DNA of 63,685 bases, filler included, from Sphacelaria rigidula (lineage: Eukaryota): the NCBI GenBank assembly GCA_964200075.2. It is 7 parts of 7 records of this genome, joined end to end, with 100 filler letters (N's around TTAATTAATTAA, not from the genome) between each part and the next. Parts side by side here need not be neighbours in the genome. Positions count along the whole stretch, not along the records: positions 36,451 to 45,462 come from CAXNAA020009519.1; positions 45,563 to 54,574 come from CAXNAA020009520.1; 5 more parts are not named here. One strand, given 5' to 3'. Position 1 is the stretch's first letter. Each line of letters begins with the position of its first letter. The notes beneath the pieces are model-generated. The model made no database searches, was not told the origin of the DNA, and was given only the letters and a program-made list of their open reading frames with translations. Made by a program: the position numbers and the translations under genes. Positions 36,521-46,959 of the stretch are shown here, in pieces.

Positions 36521-39148
36521 ATCCGGGGGCGGGGGGCGGGGGGGGCAGAGGATTGTGTGTCATATGCTGAAGATGTCACCAGACATACGCTATCAACCTG
36601 TCACGTTCCACACATGACCCGCAGCATGTTGCCATACATGGAAAGTGTTAGCCCCAGTGAAGCTCGCCGCACCTGGACTCCTCGGTGTGTTTTCTAATTT
36701 CACGAAGTGGAGCTGGTTTCTGCTGAGGATAAAAATGCGACTTAGTGGTTTTTTTGCCACTCTATTTTTGCGTCGGGATTCTTGCGATCGGATTCTTGCG
36801 ATAGTGTTTTTGCTAGATTTTTCCAGTCTAAAATCCTTGTCGATTTCGTTTTGGGGATAACTTCGACAAGCGGACACCAAACGCATCCTGCTCCAAGGGG
36901 CACCTGGATACTCGGCAGTTGCCGCTGCCTACCCGGGATCATCCTCCATATCGAAATCTTGAGAGAGAATCCCCAGCGTTTGGTGCCCATGTACAAGGAA
37001 GGGTGATCTTCATCTGGTATCATGCTCCAAAACGTACCTGACAAGGGGGCAACGCCCCCGTACAGATAGTAGCAATGCTAGCGGATCCTACGTCCTGAGA
37101 GTCTGGGACAGTCTGGCAGCCGGCAAGGTGGTTGTGGTAGTGTCCTTCTAGCGATCTCAACTTCCAGTGCACTGGAGCAGAGTTTGCGGGTGAATATTTC
37201 GGCGATTGCGCCTCACCTACAGTTCGCCCAGATGTTGTGGGTTTTTTCTCGATATCACCGGGTAACATTCTTACATACATGTACAGGTGGAAACATACCA
37301 GACCCTCCGTCACATTATAAGTCGAGATGTGCCAGGCCCTGCATTCTAAATGAAAATGTACCCAACCGTGAACAAAATATTTCTACAGTCAGGACGAACA
37401 CGATTTTGGAATGCAAACAGAGTATTGTGTGTGTTGTCGTCCCATCTATTCTGGACGTCAGTCGCCACCTTTCGGTATATGTGGGCGCACCAGCCGCGGC
37501 TGTGTTACCTTTCAGCTTCGCCCAAGATACAGGCAGCCACTACAGCGGCGAAGGCGACTTTTCACTCCTGCATGCGCCACCTGAAGCAAACGCACGCTGT
37601 AGCTGCAACACGGACAGCTTTATAAAATGTGACTAAGCGATACTGTAGCGCGTGGCGTGATATCCCGCCTACACGTTTGCTGCAGATACAAGCGGCTGCG
37701 TTCATGGTGTGGCGAACTGCACAGAACAACGCGAAATCAATGCAGGACAGGAATAGGCTGAGGATTTTACGCCCTGGGGTGTGCTTTGTCAACCTGCACC
37801 CTACCGCTGTGCAGTGAGCAGGTAGTACCGCCGAATGCCTCACGATGCGGTTGGTACACAGTAGTATCGGCTCCACACCCGTGGGGTAACCTCTGCATTG
37901 AATTCAATAGAACACATTGAATTCAATTACACGCGCGGAGAGCGTTATTTTCGAGCAGCACGCGCGCTAGTGTTTTCCGTGTTGACGATATCGTGCCAGC
38001 GCGCTTGTGCCTGAAGCGCTGTACTCCCCTGTGGCAGCCCGTCACGGTAGTGCTCCTAATGTTTCATCACGCCTTGTTCGAAAACACCCAGAAGAGATCC
38101 CAGCGAGTCCATCGTTGTTGCACTTGGATTGTGGTGAAAAAGTTGTTTTTCGATACAACCCCCGCATGCTGCGTGTTGTACCAAATAGTATATACCGTAC
38201 CATTTCAAAAACGGATAGAGTATGCATTATATGTAGGCCACCGACATACCCTGCTTATCATGAACTTTGTACGAGGCGCGGGAAGCGTGGAGTTTGTCAG
38301 GGAACGCTATCACTTGGACGCAACCATACTGCAGTACAGGCAGTATGAAACACGTGATTAGAACGAGACACAAGACGAAAAAATTACATTATGATGAATA
38401 CCTGGGCGTTATGGTACTGAAACGAGTTCACCAGTCCCTTCCACTGCCTACCGTACGAAGATAGCAGGAGACGAATCAATGACTCGTCCGGAAATTATTC
38501 GATTTTTAATGTAATTGATTCGTACCGTATGAGTCAATCCTTAGGCTTTGTTTTCAGCGTTGCAATCCAGGTACGCGTAGCCCGGGCATGCGGAATGGCG
38601 CAAAAGTTGCGTGGAGACCTGTTTGACCAGCGGTCGACTTTATTCTCTCTTTCGAGCAATCAGGCCGGAGCAATCGTGGGTTTAGTGATTCAAATCGGCG
38701 ATGGTTCGTCCGAACCATGGAAATAAATACCGCGTGTAAATTACACAACAAGTTACGGGGAGACCTTTTCACTTGAGAGTAGAAGGGCCTAGTCGAGACC
38801 ACTCCGGGTTCACCGCCGAAATCCGAGACGGCAACGTCACGAACACCGAAATGAAATCAAATTGCAAGCGCCCTGGACACAGGGCAATCTATGTAGTACT
38901 GTTTGTACACAGACATTACAGCCAACATCGTAATGTGCAGCAGTTAAGTACAGGCAGTCCACGATTCTCTCGACAGCGCTGTGGTGCACCCCTCATAGTA
39001 CCGTATACAGCAGTACCAATTGTACAGTCAGGGCATTAGGGTATGCAGAGGAGGGTACTACAACAGTACTCGTTGAGCAACACTTTCCAGTCTTTGATAT
39101 CGCAGGTTTGTAATTGATATTGACGAATGTGGCGAATCATACAACGGA

Positions 39149-42100
39149 ATGACTGGCTTGTTTACTGCTACCTACGCTGCCGATGTTGAAAAACTCCGTC
39201 AGTTTGGCAGGGTGGTGAATGTCAAGGATGAGGCGTGCTCCAGAGAGGGCAGCTCCACGTGGCCGGCGTTTGGGTTGTCGGGAGTCATGAAGGCGGAGCT
39301 TTGCCCACAGCACGCCGAGGATGGGATGGTGCGTGTCAGCAACAACACGTGCTACACGGAGGGCTGCTCCAAGCAGGCGTCGTTTGGATTGTCGGGAGTC
39401 ATGAAGGCGGAATTCTGCTCACAGCACGCCGAGGACGGGATGGTGAATGTCAGGAACAAGGCGTGTTCCCGCGAGGACTGCTGCAAGCAGGCGTCGTTTG
39501 GGTCGGCGGGAAGCAAGAAGGCGGCGTCCTGCTCACAGCACACCGAGGGCGAGAGGGTGAACGTCAGGAAGAACACGTGCTCCCGCGAGGGCTGCTCCAA
39601 ACGGCCGTCGTATGGGTTGGCCGGAACCAAGAAGGCGGTGTTCTGCTCACAGCACGCCGAGGACGAGATGGTGAATGTCAGAAGGAACAGGTGCTCCCGC
39701 GAGGGCTGCTCCAAGCAGGCGTCGTTTGGGTCGGCGGGAAGCAAGAAGGCGGTGTTCTGCTCACAGCACGCCGAGGACGAGATGGTGAATGTCATGAGCA
39801 ACACGTGCTCCCGCGAGGGCTGCTCCAAGCAGGCGTCGTTTGGGTCGGCGGGAAGCAAGAAGGCGGTGTTCTGCTCACAGCACGCGGATGACGGGATGGT
39901 GAATGTCATGCACAACAAGTGCTCCCGCGAGGGCTGCTCCAAGCGGCCGTCGTATGGGTTGGCGGGAACCAAGAATGCGGTGTTCTGCTCACAGCACGCC
40001 GAGGACGGGATGGTGAATGTCAAGAAGAGCAGGTGCTCCCGCGAGGGCTGCTGCAAGAGGCCGTCGTATGGGTTGGCGGGAACCAAGAATGCGGTGTTCT
40101 GCTCACAGCACGCCGAGGATGGGATGGTGAATGTCAAGAAGAGCAGGTGCTCCCGCGAGGGCTGCTCCAAGCAGGCGTCGTTTGGGTCGGCAGGAACCAA
40201 GAAGGCGGAGTTCTGCTCAGAGCACACCGAGGACGGGATGGTGAATGTCAGGAAGAACAGGTGCTCCCGCGAGGGCTGCTGCAAGCAGGCGTCGTTTGGG
40301 TCGGCGGGAACCAAGAAGGCGGTGTTCTGCTCACAGCACGCCGAGGACGGAATGATGAATGTCACGAGCAACACGTGCTCCCGCGAGGGCTGCTCCAAGC
40401 AGGCGTCGTATGGGTTAGCGGGAAGCAGGAAGCGAGTGTTTTGCTCACGGCACGCGGAGGATGGGATGGTGAATGTCATGCACAACAAGTGCTCCCTCGA
40501 GGGCTGCTCCAAGCAGGCGTCGTATGGGTTGGCGGGAACCAAGAGGGCGGCATTTTGCTCACAGCACGCCGAGGACGGGATGGTGAATGTCAAGAAGAAC
40601 ACGTGCTCCCACGACAGCTGCTACAAGGACCCGTCTTTTGGGTTGCCGGGAAGCAGGAAGCGAGTGTTTTGCTCACAGCACGCCGAGCGCGGGATGGTGA
40701 GTGTCACGAACACGTGCTCCCGCGACAGCTGCTATAAGCAGTCGTCGTATGGGTTAGCGGGAAGCAGGAAGCGAGTGTTTTGCTCACAGCACGCCGAGCA
40801 CGGGATGGTGAATGTCACGAACAACACTTGCTCCAGAGAAGGCTGCTTCAAGCAGCCGTCGTATGGGTCGGCAGGAAGCAAGGAGGCGGTGTTCTGCTCA
40901 CAGCACGCCGAGGTTGGAATGGTGAATGTCAGGAGCAACACGTGCTCCCGCGGCAGGTGCTTCAAGCAGGCGTCGTTTGGGCCAGCGGGAAGCAGGAAGC
41001 GAATGTTTTGCTCACAGCACGCGGAGGACGGGATGGTGAATGTCATGAACAACCAGTGCTCCCGCGACGGCTGCTACAAGCGGCCGTCGTATGGGTTAGC
41101 GGGAAGCAACGAGGCGGTGTTCTGCTCACAGCACGCGGAGGACTGGATGGTGAATGTCAGGAGCAACGCGTGCTCTCGCGAGGGCTGCTCCAAGCAGGCG
41201 TCGTTTGGGTCGGCGGGAACCAGGAAGCGAATGTTTTGTTTACAGCACGCGGAGGACGGGATGGTGAATGTCGCACGAAACACGTGCTCTCGCGACAGCT
41301 GCCTCGAGCGGGCGTCGTTTGGGTTAGCGGGAAGCAGGAAGCGAGTGTTTTGCTCACAGCACGCGGAGGACGGGATGGTGAATGTCAGGAGCAACACGTG
41401 CTCCCGCGACAGGTGCTTCAAGCAGGCGCCGGTTGGGCTAGCGGGGAGCAGAGGGCGAGAGTTTTGCTCACAGCACGCCGGGGACGGGATGGTGAACGTC
41501 TCGACAGACACGTGCAACGGCGAAGACTGCTCCAAGATTGTGTCTTTTGGGTTGGCGGGAAGCAAGACGGCGGAATTCTGCTCACAGCACGCCGAGGACG
41601 GGATGGTGAATGTCAAGATGAAGATGTGCTCCCGCGAGGGCTGCTCGAAGCAGGCGTCATTTGGCTTGGCGGAAAGCAAGAAGGTGGAATTCTGCTCACA
41701 GCACGCCGAGGACGGCACGTTGAACGTCAAGCACAAGACATGCTCCCGCGAGGGCTGTTCCAAGATTGCGTCGCTTGGGTTGGCGGGAATCAAAAAGCGA
41801 GTGTTTTGCTCACAGCACGCCGAGGACGGGATGGTGAATGTGTCGACAAACAGGTGCACCCGCGACGGCTGCCCCAAGCACCCGTCGTATGGGTTGGCGG
41901 GAGGCAAGGAGGCGGAATTCTGCTCACAGCACGCCGAGGAGGGGATGGTGAATGTCAGGAAGAAGACGTGCTCCCGCGAGGGCTGCTCCGAGCAGGCGTC
42001 GTTCGGGTTGGCGGGAAGCAAAAAGACGGAATTGTGTTCACAGCACGCCGGGGACGGGATGGTGAACGTCCGCTATGGGAAAAACGCCCGGCCAGCCACT

Positions 42101-42376
42101 TGTCGTGTTGAGACACCAGCAAGTCGCTCGAAAAAAATGAAACTAGAGATAGCTTCGCAAGATTTGAATGATCATGGAGGATATCCAAGACGATCACGCA
42201 TGTGTGAAGTGCGGCAGTCCGAACAAACTGTCCCCGCGGGTAGCGCTACAAGAGCCAAACAAGCCCACACGACTGGTGGACTAGTCCCGGCGCAGGCAGC
42301 CCGCAGCACGACTCCCGCAGGCATGCTGGTGTCCGAGGGCGGAACGAAGGTGAAGTCGGAGGTGACCGTTTCGTAG
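39149..42376 (+). CDS. EsV-1-7 repeat protein (25 tandem 38-aa Cys/His repeats), 1075 aa, no intron in the ORF
   Basis: Uninterrupted ORF; consensus CSREGCSKQASFGLAGSKKAVFCSQHAEDGMVNVxxNT (CX4CX16CX2H), 114-bp DNA period. Matches the EsV-1-7 cysteine-rich repeat known from brown algae and phaeoviruses. Confidence 0.93.
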   Translation: MTGLFTATYAADVEKLRQFGRVVNVKDEACSREGSSTWPAFGLSGVMKAELCPQHAEDGMVRVSNNTCYTEGCSKQASFGLSGVMKAEFCSQHAEDGMVNVRNKACSREDCCKQASFGSAGSKKAASCSQHTEGERVNVRKNTCSREGCSKRPSYGLAGTKKAVFCSQHAEDEMVNVRRNRCSREGCSKQASFGSAGSKKAVFCSQHAEDEMVNVMSNTCSREGCSKQASFGSAGSKKAVFCSQHADDGMVNVMHNKCSREGCSKRPSYGLAGTKNAVFCSQHAEDGMVNVKKSRCSREGCCKRPSYGLAGTKNAVFCSQHAEDGMVNVKKSRCSREGCSKQASFGSAGTKKAEFCSEHTEDGMVNVRKNRCSREGCCKQASFGSAGTKKAVFCSQHAEDGMMNVTSNTCSREGCSKQASYGLAGSRKRVFCSRHAEDGMVNVMHNKCSLEGCSKQASYGLAGTKRAAFCSQHAEDGMVNVKKNTCSHDSCYKDPSFGLPGSRKRVFCSQHAERGMVSVTNTCSRDSCYKQSSYGLAGSRKRVFCSQHAEHGMVNVTNNTCSREGCFKQPSYGSAGSKEAVFCSQHAEVGMVNVRSNTCSRGRCFKQASFGPAGSRKRMFCSQHAEDGMVNVMNNQCSRDGCYKRPSYGLAGSNEAVFCSQHAEDWMVNVRSNACSREGCSKQASFGSAGTRKRMFCLQHAEDGMVNVARNTCSRDSCLERASFGLAGSRKRVFCSQHAEDGMVNVRSNTCSRDRCFKQAPVGLAGSRGREFCSQHAGDGMVNVSTDTCNGEDCSKIVSFGLAGSKTAEFCSQHAEDGMVNVKMKMCSREGCSKQASFGLAESKKVEFCSQHAEDGTLNVKHKTCSREGCSKIASLGLAGIKKRVFCSQHAEDGMVNVSTNRCTRDGCPKHPSYGLAGGKEAEFCSQHAEEGMVNVRKKTCSREGCSEQASFGLAGSKKTELCSQHAGDGMVNVRYGKNARPATCRVETPASRSKKMKLEIASQDLNDHGGYPRRSRMCEVRQSEQTVPAGSATRAKQAHTTGGLVPAQAARSTTPAGMLVSEGGTKVKSEVTVS

Positions 42377-44782
42377 CACGATTCGTCTAATTTAACGGCG
42401 ACAAAGGCAGTAGCTACTTATGGTGGAGGGTGATGGTCGTCATCCTTCAGGGGCCGGTGGCGATGTGTAGGCACTCTGCTGGTGATCTACAAAGGGTTCT
42501 GTTGTCGCCTTGCGGAGGGAGAAATGTGGCCAATTAACACTGGGGTGTGACCGATTCCAGCTGCTGCTCATTGGTTGGTGTTTGTTGGTGGCGTCGTCAC
42601 CATGTACGGGGATGTGAATCGTCTTGGGCAAATAATGGCCAGGGTCTGTCTGTTTATGCCTGGAGGATGCAAATCCATGACAGCGTACAATGCAGATTTA
42701 TCCGTCAAGCATGGAGACCGCGACTAAGGAATTGTTTCAGTGCTTGTGCAAAATTTGTTCGTGTTCGAAAGATGTTTCGTTCATCAAGCGCGTGCAGACC
42801 GTAGTAATCACAGCGTGCTTTCCCTGTCAAGGTCTTGCGAATGTCTCTGATACTTGAGTATGATGTTACGCGCACACGTAGGGAATACGCGAAGGTGGTC
42901 ACCTTGAGATTGGTTGCGCATTAGTCGCGCGGAAAGAAATCTACTCTGCTTAGAATGCTGGTATATCAGTTCCATTCGTACATGAAACGGGTTGCCGATT
43001 GTCGTGACGACTGAGTATACCACTGCTCCACATTCAGACGAAGAGCGGGTGTTGTCGCTGTGCTTGCTGCCTTCGACAAAAGGACGATCGGCGCTGTCCG
43101 AGATCAGCTGAGAAGTCCTGCACGTGACGTACCGGTTGAGTGCCATTTACACGAATATCGTTCATCCTCGAGTTTGATCTTTCCGCCGAAAGGTGAAATT
43201 TTGTGAGTTTGGCAGATGGACGATTTCTCTGATGTGTGGTATTAGATGTGTTCATCCCATTCTGAGCTGTGGGGATCACTTAGCTGCCCTCGACCCATGT
43301 TTCATGTGGCGATGAGCTGATGTGTCTGTTTTGTAATTAGAGGAATAGTGCTTGACAACGGCTGCCGATTGACCTTCAATACCTCCTATAGCATTTGTTT
43401 TGACCGAGCATGTTCATCACGATGAAGGTGGAGTGTTTGCTTTCGTTTCTCTTGAAAAGACGATTCTCGACGCACTCATAGAATTTAGACTCCCAGCACC
43501 TTCTGCCATCATCGGCCAAGCGGGACCAACACCCTGCGCGGATACCATCTTCAAGTAGGCCTATCGTTTACTTCTGGCAACAGGCCACGAGGAAAAATGG
43601 GCAATAACAACAGCTACGAAGCCGGATAATGTGTGGGGAGGCGTTCCCAGGGACAGTGGCCTAGAAACATAGTACGTTGTTGTTTCGGGTGCTTGAGGAT
43701 TGAGGGATAGAGGAGGCGATTTTGCTGGGCGCCAAAAATATTTGGGCACGATCCGACTTCGGTTTTAACGACATGTCGTGTTGTGTTCTGTGTACGCTTA
43801 CACTGTAAGCAAAGCGGATAATACTTCCCACACAGCAAAGTTGTGGACAATCCACTACAGTAGACGTGTCCCGCACTCGGAGCAAGCTCGAAATGGTGAG
43901 ATATATTTGTTCATCTCTTATGTTCTAGGGCGCCACCTGTCGGCCACTGTTTTGTATTTACAGATATTCTTGCATCCATCCAATGATTAACCCAAGAATA
44001 CCTTTTCGAGAAGCAAAAAATGCATACCTGGACCTCATTCGTACGTGCGAGAGATCGCGGACCGCTGTACCCTGGAGTTGTAGACCATGACTGGAGTTGT
44101 AGACAACGACTGTACAGTGCAGTACAGCTGTCTGGCTACTGCACCACTCGCAAACTGTGCTTGGCGAAACTGCCACTGCCCCCCAGCGGGAATGATTTTG
44201 CGCAGATACCCCCGCCCTGTCTGAGTTTCAGGTACTTTTTCGAATCATTCCAATTTTCAAATTAATGGTTGTCTCAGGCTATTCCAGATTCGGCATTAGA
44301 TTTCTGTGACAGGAAACACTCGTTTTTTCCGGGATAATTCTCAGAATAGATTGCCTTGTGTCAAGGGTGCTTCCAATTTCAACTTATTTCGGTGATTGTG
44401 ACATGACGTTGCGGTCCCGGATTTCGGCGGTGAAACCGGAATGGTCTCGACTGGACCCTGTTGAGGTGAACAGCCTTTTCAGTGTAGTCTATAGTACCGA
44501 TCAGCCACGGTACAGAGGTAGCCGTCTTGACGGGTTATGACATTTACATGCGGTGGGATTTGATATCATAGTAGGCGTATGTTTTGTACTCTCGTGCGCA
44601 ATGTCTGGGAACTCCGCTCACCACGGTGTTGGGTAGCCACACGAGTTCATTTCGTTCTCTTCCTTCTTTTCCTTCCTTGACTTGTTGAGTCAAGCTATGT
44701 AAACCTGCTCTTCAACAATATGATCGGGTCAGCCGTGTCCTCTGATCGACTTCATCAGTCGTGTCTAGCTGTCCCTGTTTAC

Positions 44783-45462
44783 GGATCATGCATCAAGGAA
44801 CACTCTTTTACGGGGGAACATCGTTTGTAGGGATGGATACATGAAAAGACGTAACTCGAGCATTTTTTGGTCGATTTCAACAAACGATAGCTTGGATGAA
44901 CCGCAAGGTCCACGCGAACAATGGCCAGCAGAAACAAAAGCAGAGCAAGAACAAAAAAGATCAAGGCCCATTCCGTGAACTTTTCCTGTTGGTTTCCCTC
45001 CGATCATGGATGAAGGGTTGAGACATGGCATGCCATATCTACGGCGTGTCGACGTCAAATTCAACAAACGATAGCTCGGATGAACTGCAAAGCCCACGCA
45101 AACAATAGCCAGCAAAAACAAAAACAAGAACACAAAAAGCTAAGGCCCATTCCGTGAAATTGTTCTGAAATTTTCCTGTTGGTTACCCTCCGATCATGGA
45201 TCAGACAGGGGTTGAGATGTGGCATGCCATATCTCCGGCGTGTTAACGTCAAATTTAACAAACGATAGCTCGGATGAACCGCAAGGTCCACGCGAACAAC
45301 GGCCAGAAAAAGAAAAAAGAATAACATGCACACAAAAATTTAGGGCCCATTCCGTGAAATTGTGCTGAAATGTTCCTGTTGGTTTCCCTCCGATCATGGA
45401 TGAAGGGTTGAGATATGGCATGCCATATCTCCGGCGTGTTGACGTCAAATTCAACAAACGAT
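44783..45462. repeat. Tandem satellite, ~190-200-bp unit, running to contig end
   Basis: CGATCATGGAT unit starts at 45001, 45191 and 45391, plus a diverged partial unit upstream. Confidence 0.9.
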
Positions 45463-45562
45463 NNNNNNNNNNNNNNNNNNNNNNNNNNNNNNNNNNNNNN
45501 NNNNNNTTAATTAATTAANNNNNNNNNNNNNNNNNNNNNNNNNNNNNNNNNNNNNNNNNNNN

Positions 45563-45700
45563 GGATTGAACCCCCACGACTAACTTTTGTAACGGTCTTC
45601 AAGAGACAACCAACTAGACTACTGATCAGTCAGCGCTGACTGATCAGTAGTCTAGTTGGTTGTTTCTTAAACCGTCACAGCTCGAAGCAAATATCCGGGT
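45563..45700. repeat. Perfect 58-bp palindrome (45606-45663) formed by head-to-head SINE-like heads
   Basis: ACAACCAACTAGACTACTGATCAGTCAGC|GCTGACTGATCAGTAGTCTAGTTGGTTGT. A-box-like TAGTCTAGTTGG on each arm; B-box GGTTCAATCC on the minus strand at 45563-45572. Confidence 0.85.
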
Positions 45701-45814
45701 CGGCTCTACTGTACGAGTATACCTTGAGGTATTGTGGCTCAGAGTGTGTCCATTACAATATAGGTGCGGTGCGTGGATATATGTTGGCGACCATCAGCCC
45801 ATCACCACACCATG

Positions 45815-46192
45815 GGCCCTGGGCGATCAGGCACACCGATGGTGCGTCAGGCAAATGTGTCCGGCCCGCCGCAGGCGAAAACAATTGAGATCAGGCAAAA
45901 CCTCAGGCATGCCCAACACCCATTTTCATGCTTGACAGTTTAAATCCATGCCTGAGATGCCTTAGTTCATAAAATAGAAAGCCTTCGACTTGCCTGAGAA
46001 AATGTCCCCGGTATCCCGAATAGTTAAACTTGGCGTCGTCATAGGCGTGCCTTACTTCCATTCATTTTTGTTGTATAAGTGGTTGCCTGGCGCAAACGAG
46101 GCATCTCGGGGATCAAACACCGTCTCAGGTAAACTCCTTTCTGAAAAGGGGCCGTCAAGAAAAAGAAACGGCATGCCTGATCGGCCGGGGTT
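45815..46192. mobile_element. Putative MITE with TCAGGCA/TGCCTGA subterminal motifs
   Basis: CCCTGGGCGATCAGGCA vs TGCCTGATCGGCCGGGG inverted ends; the motif is repeated in opposite orientation in the two halves. Confidence 0.5.
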
Positions 46193-46959
46193 TACGACAC
46201 CATCGGCATCCATTTTTTCCCGCCGACTTTGGAGTAGTTTTGTATTCTTTGGATTATTAGCGGTATCTTTAGATCATTTCCATCATGATCGAAACTCGTG
46301 GCCGATTTTGATCGTTTTTGCTTTTACTCCGGCGACCTTCGAGAAATCGAGCTGATAGAGTTCGCTGGATTGGACGTTTTCTTTGTGGGGGGGCAACAAG
46401 GCACGGGGAACGGTAGGGGGTTTTCAACTGAGCAAAAATATCAAACGCGGACAGCTCCTCAAGTAGCAGCTGAACCGCAACCACGCAAACAGAACGTAAC
46501 GAAACGACACAAAACTCGTCAAAGTCATGCAGGCAACAATGAGAAAGGTTACTAGATACATCTAAGGAATATCTATGATTATTGTTCACGCTGGGCGTGC
46601 TGGCTACCACAGCCTGCACTGGTGCAGGTATGCTCAAAGGTACATTGATTAGCAATGTGTGTGAAACATGTGAGACAGGCGCCGAAATCAGAACATTACA
46701 AACAACTAGTCGTCATTGCGCCGGACAGACCGATCCTCATTATTGTTCAGCCATCCCTGTCCTCGCAGCAACTCTTCTGTTGTTCCGTGGATGCACTTTA
46801 CAAGCACACTAAAGGTGCTCTAAAGTGGTACGGACGACCAGGTGATTCCAGCGGCGTCGAAACACGACATAAAAAGTCGGACTATTACTGCTGAGAAAAA
46901 TCATTTGTGCACGAAACTTTCACCGGACTGGCGAAATCGATTCTTGACGACATCACTGT

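Noticed and set aside
39230-42080. CRISPR-like array
   Set aside because: Contiguous in-frame coding repeats with no unique spacers; eukaryotic context and no cas genes.
39235-42197. Long alternate-frame and antisense ORFs over the EsV-1-7 gene
   Set aside because: Shadows of a 114-bp GC-rich coding repeat.
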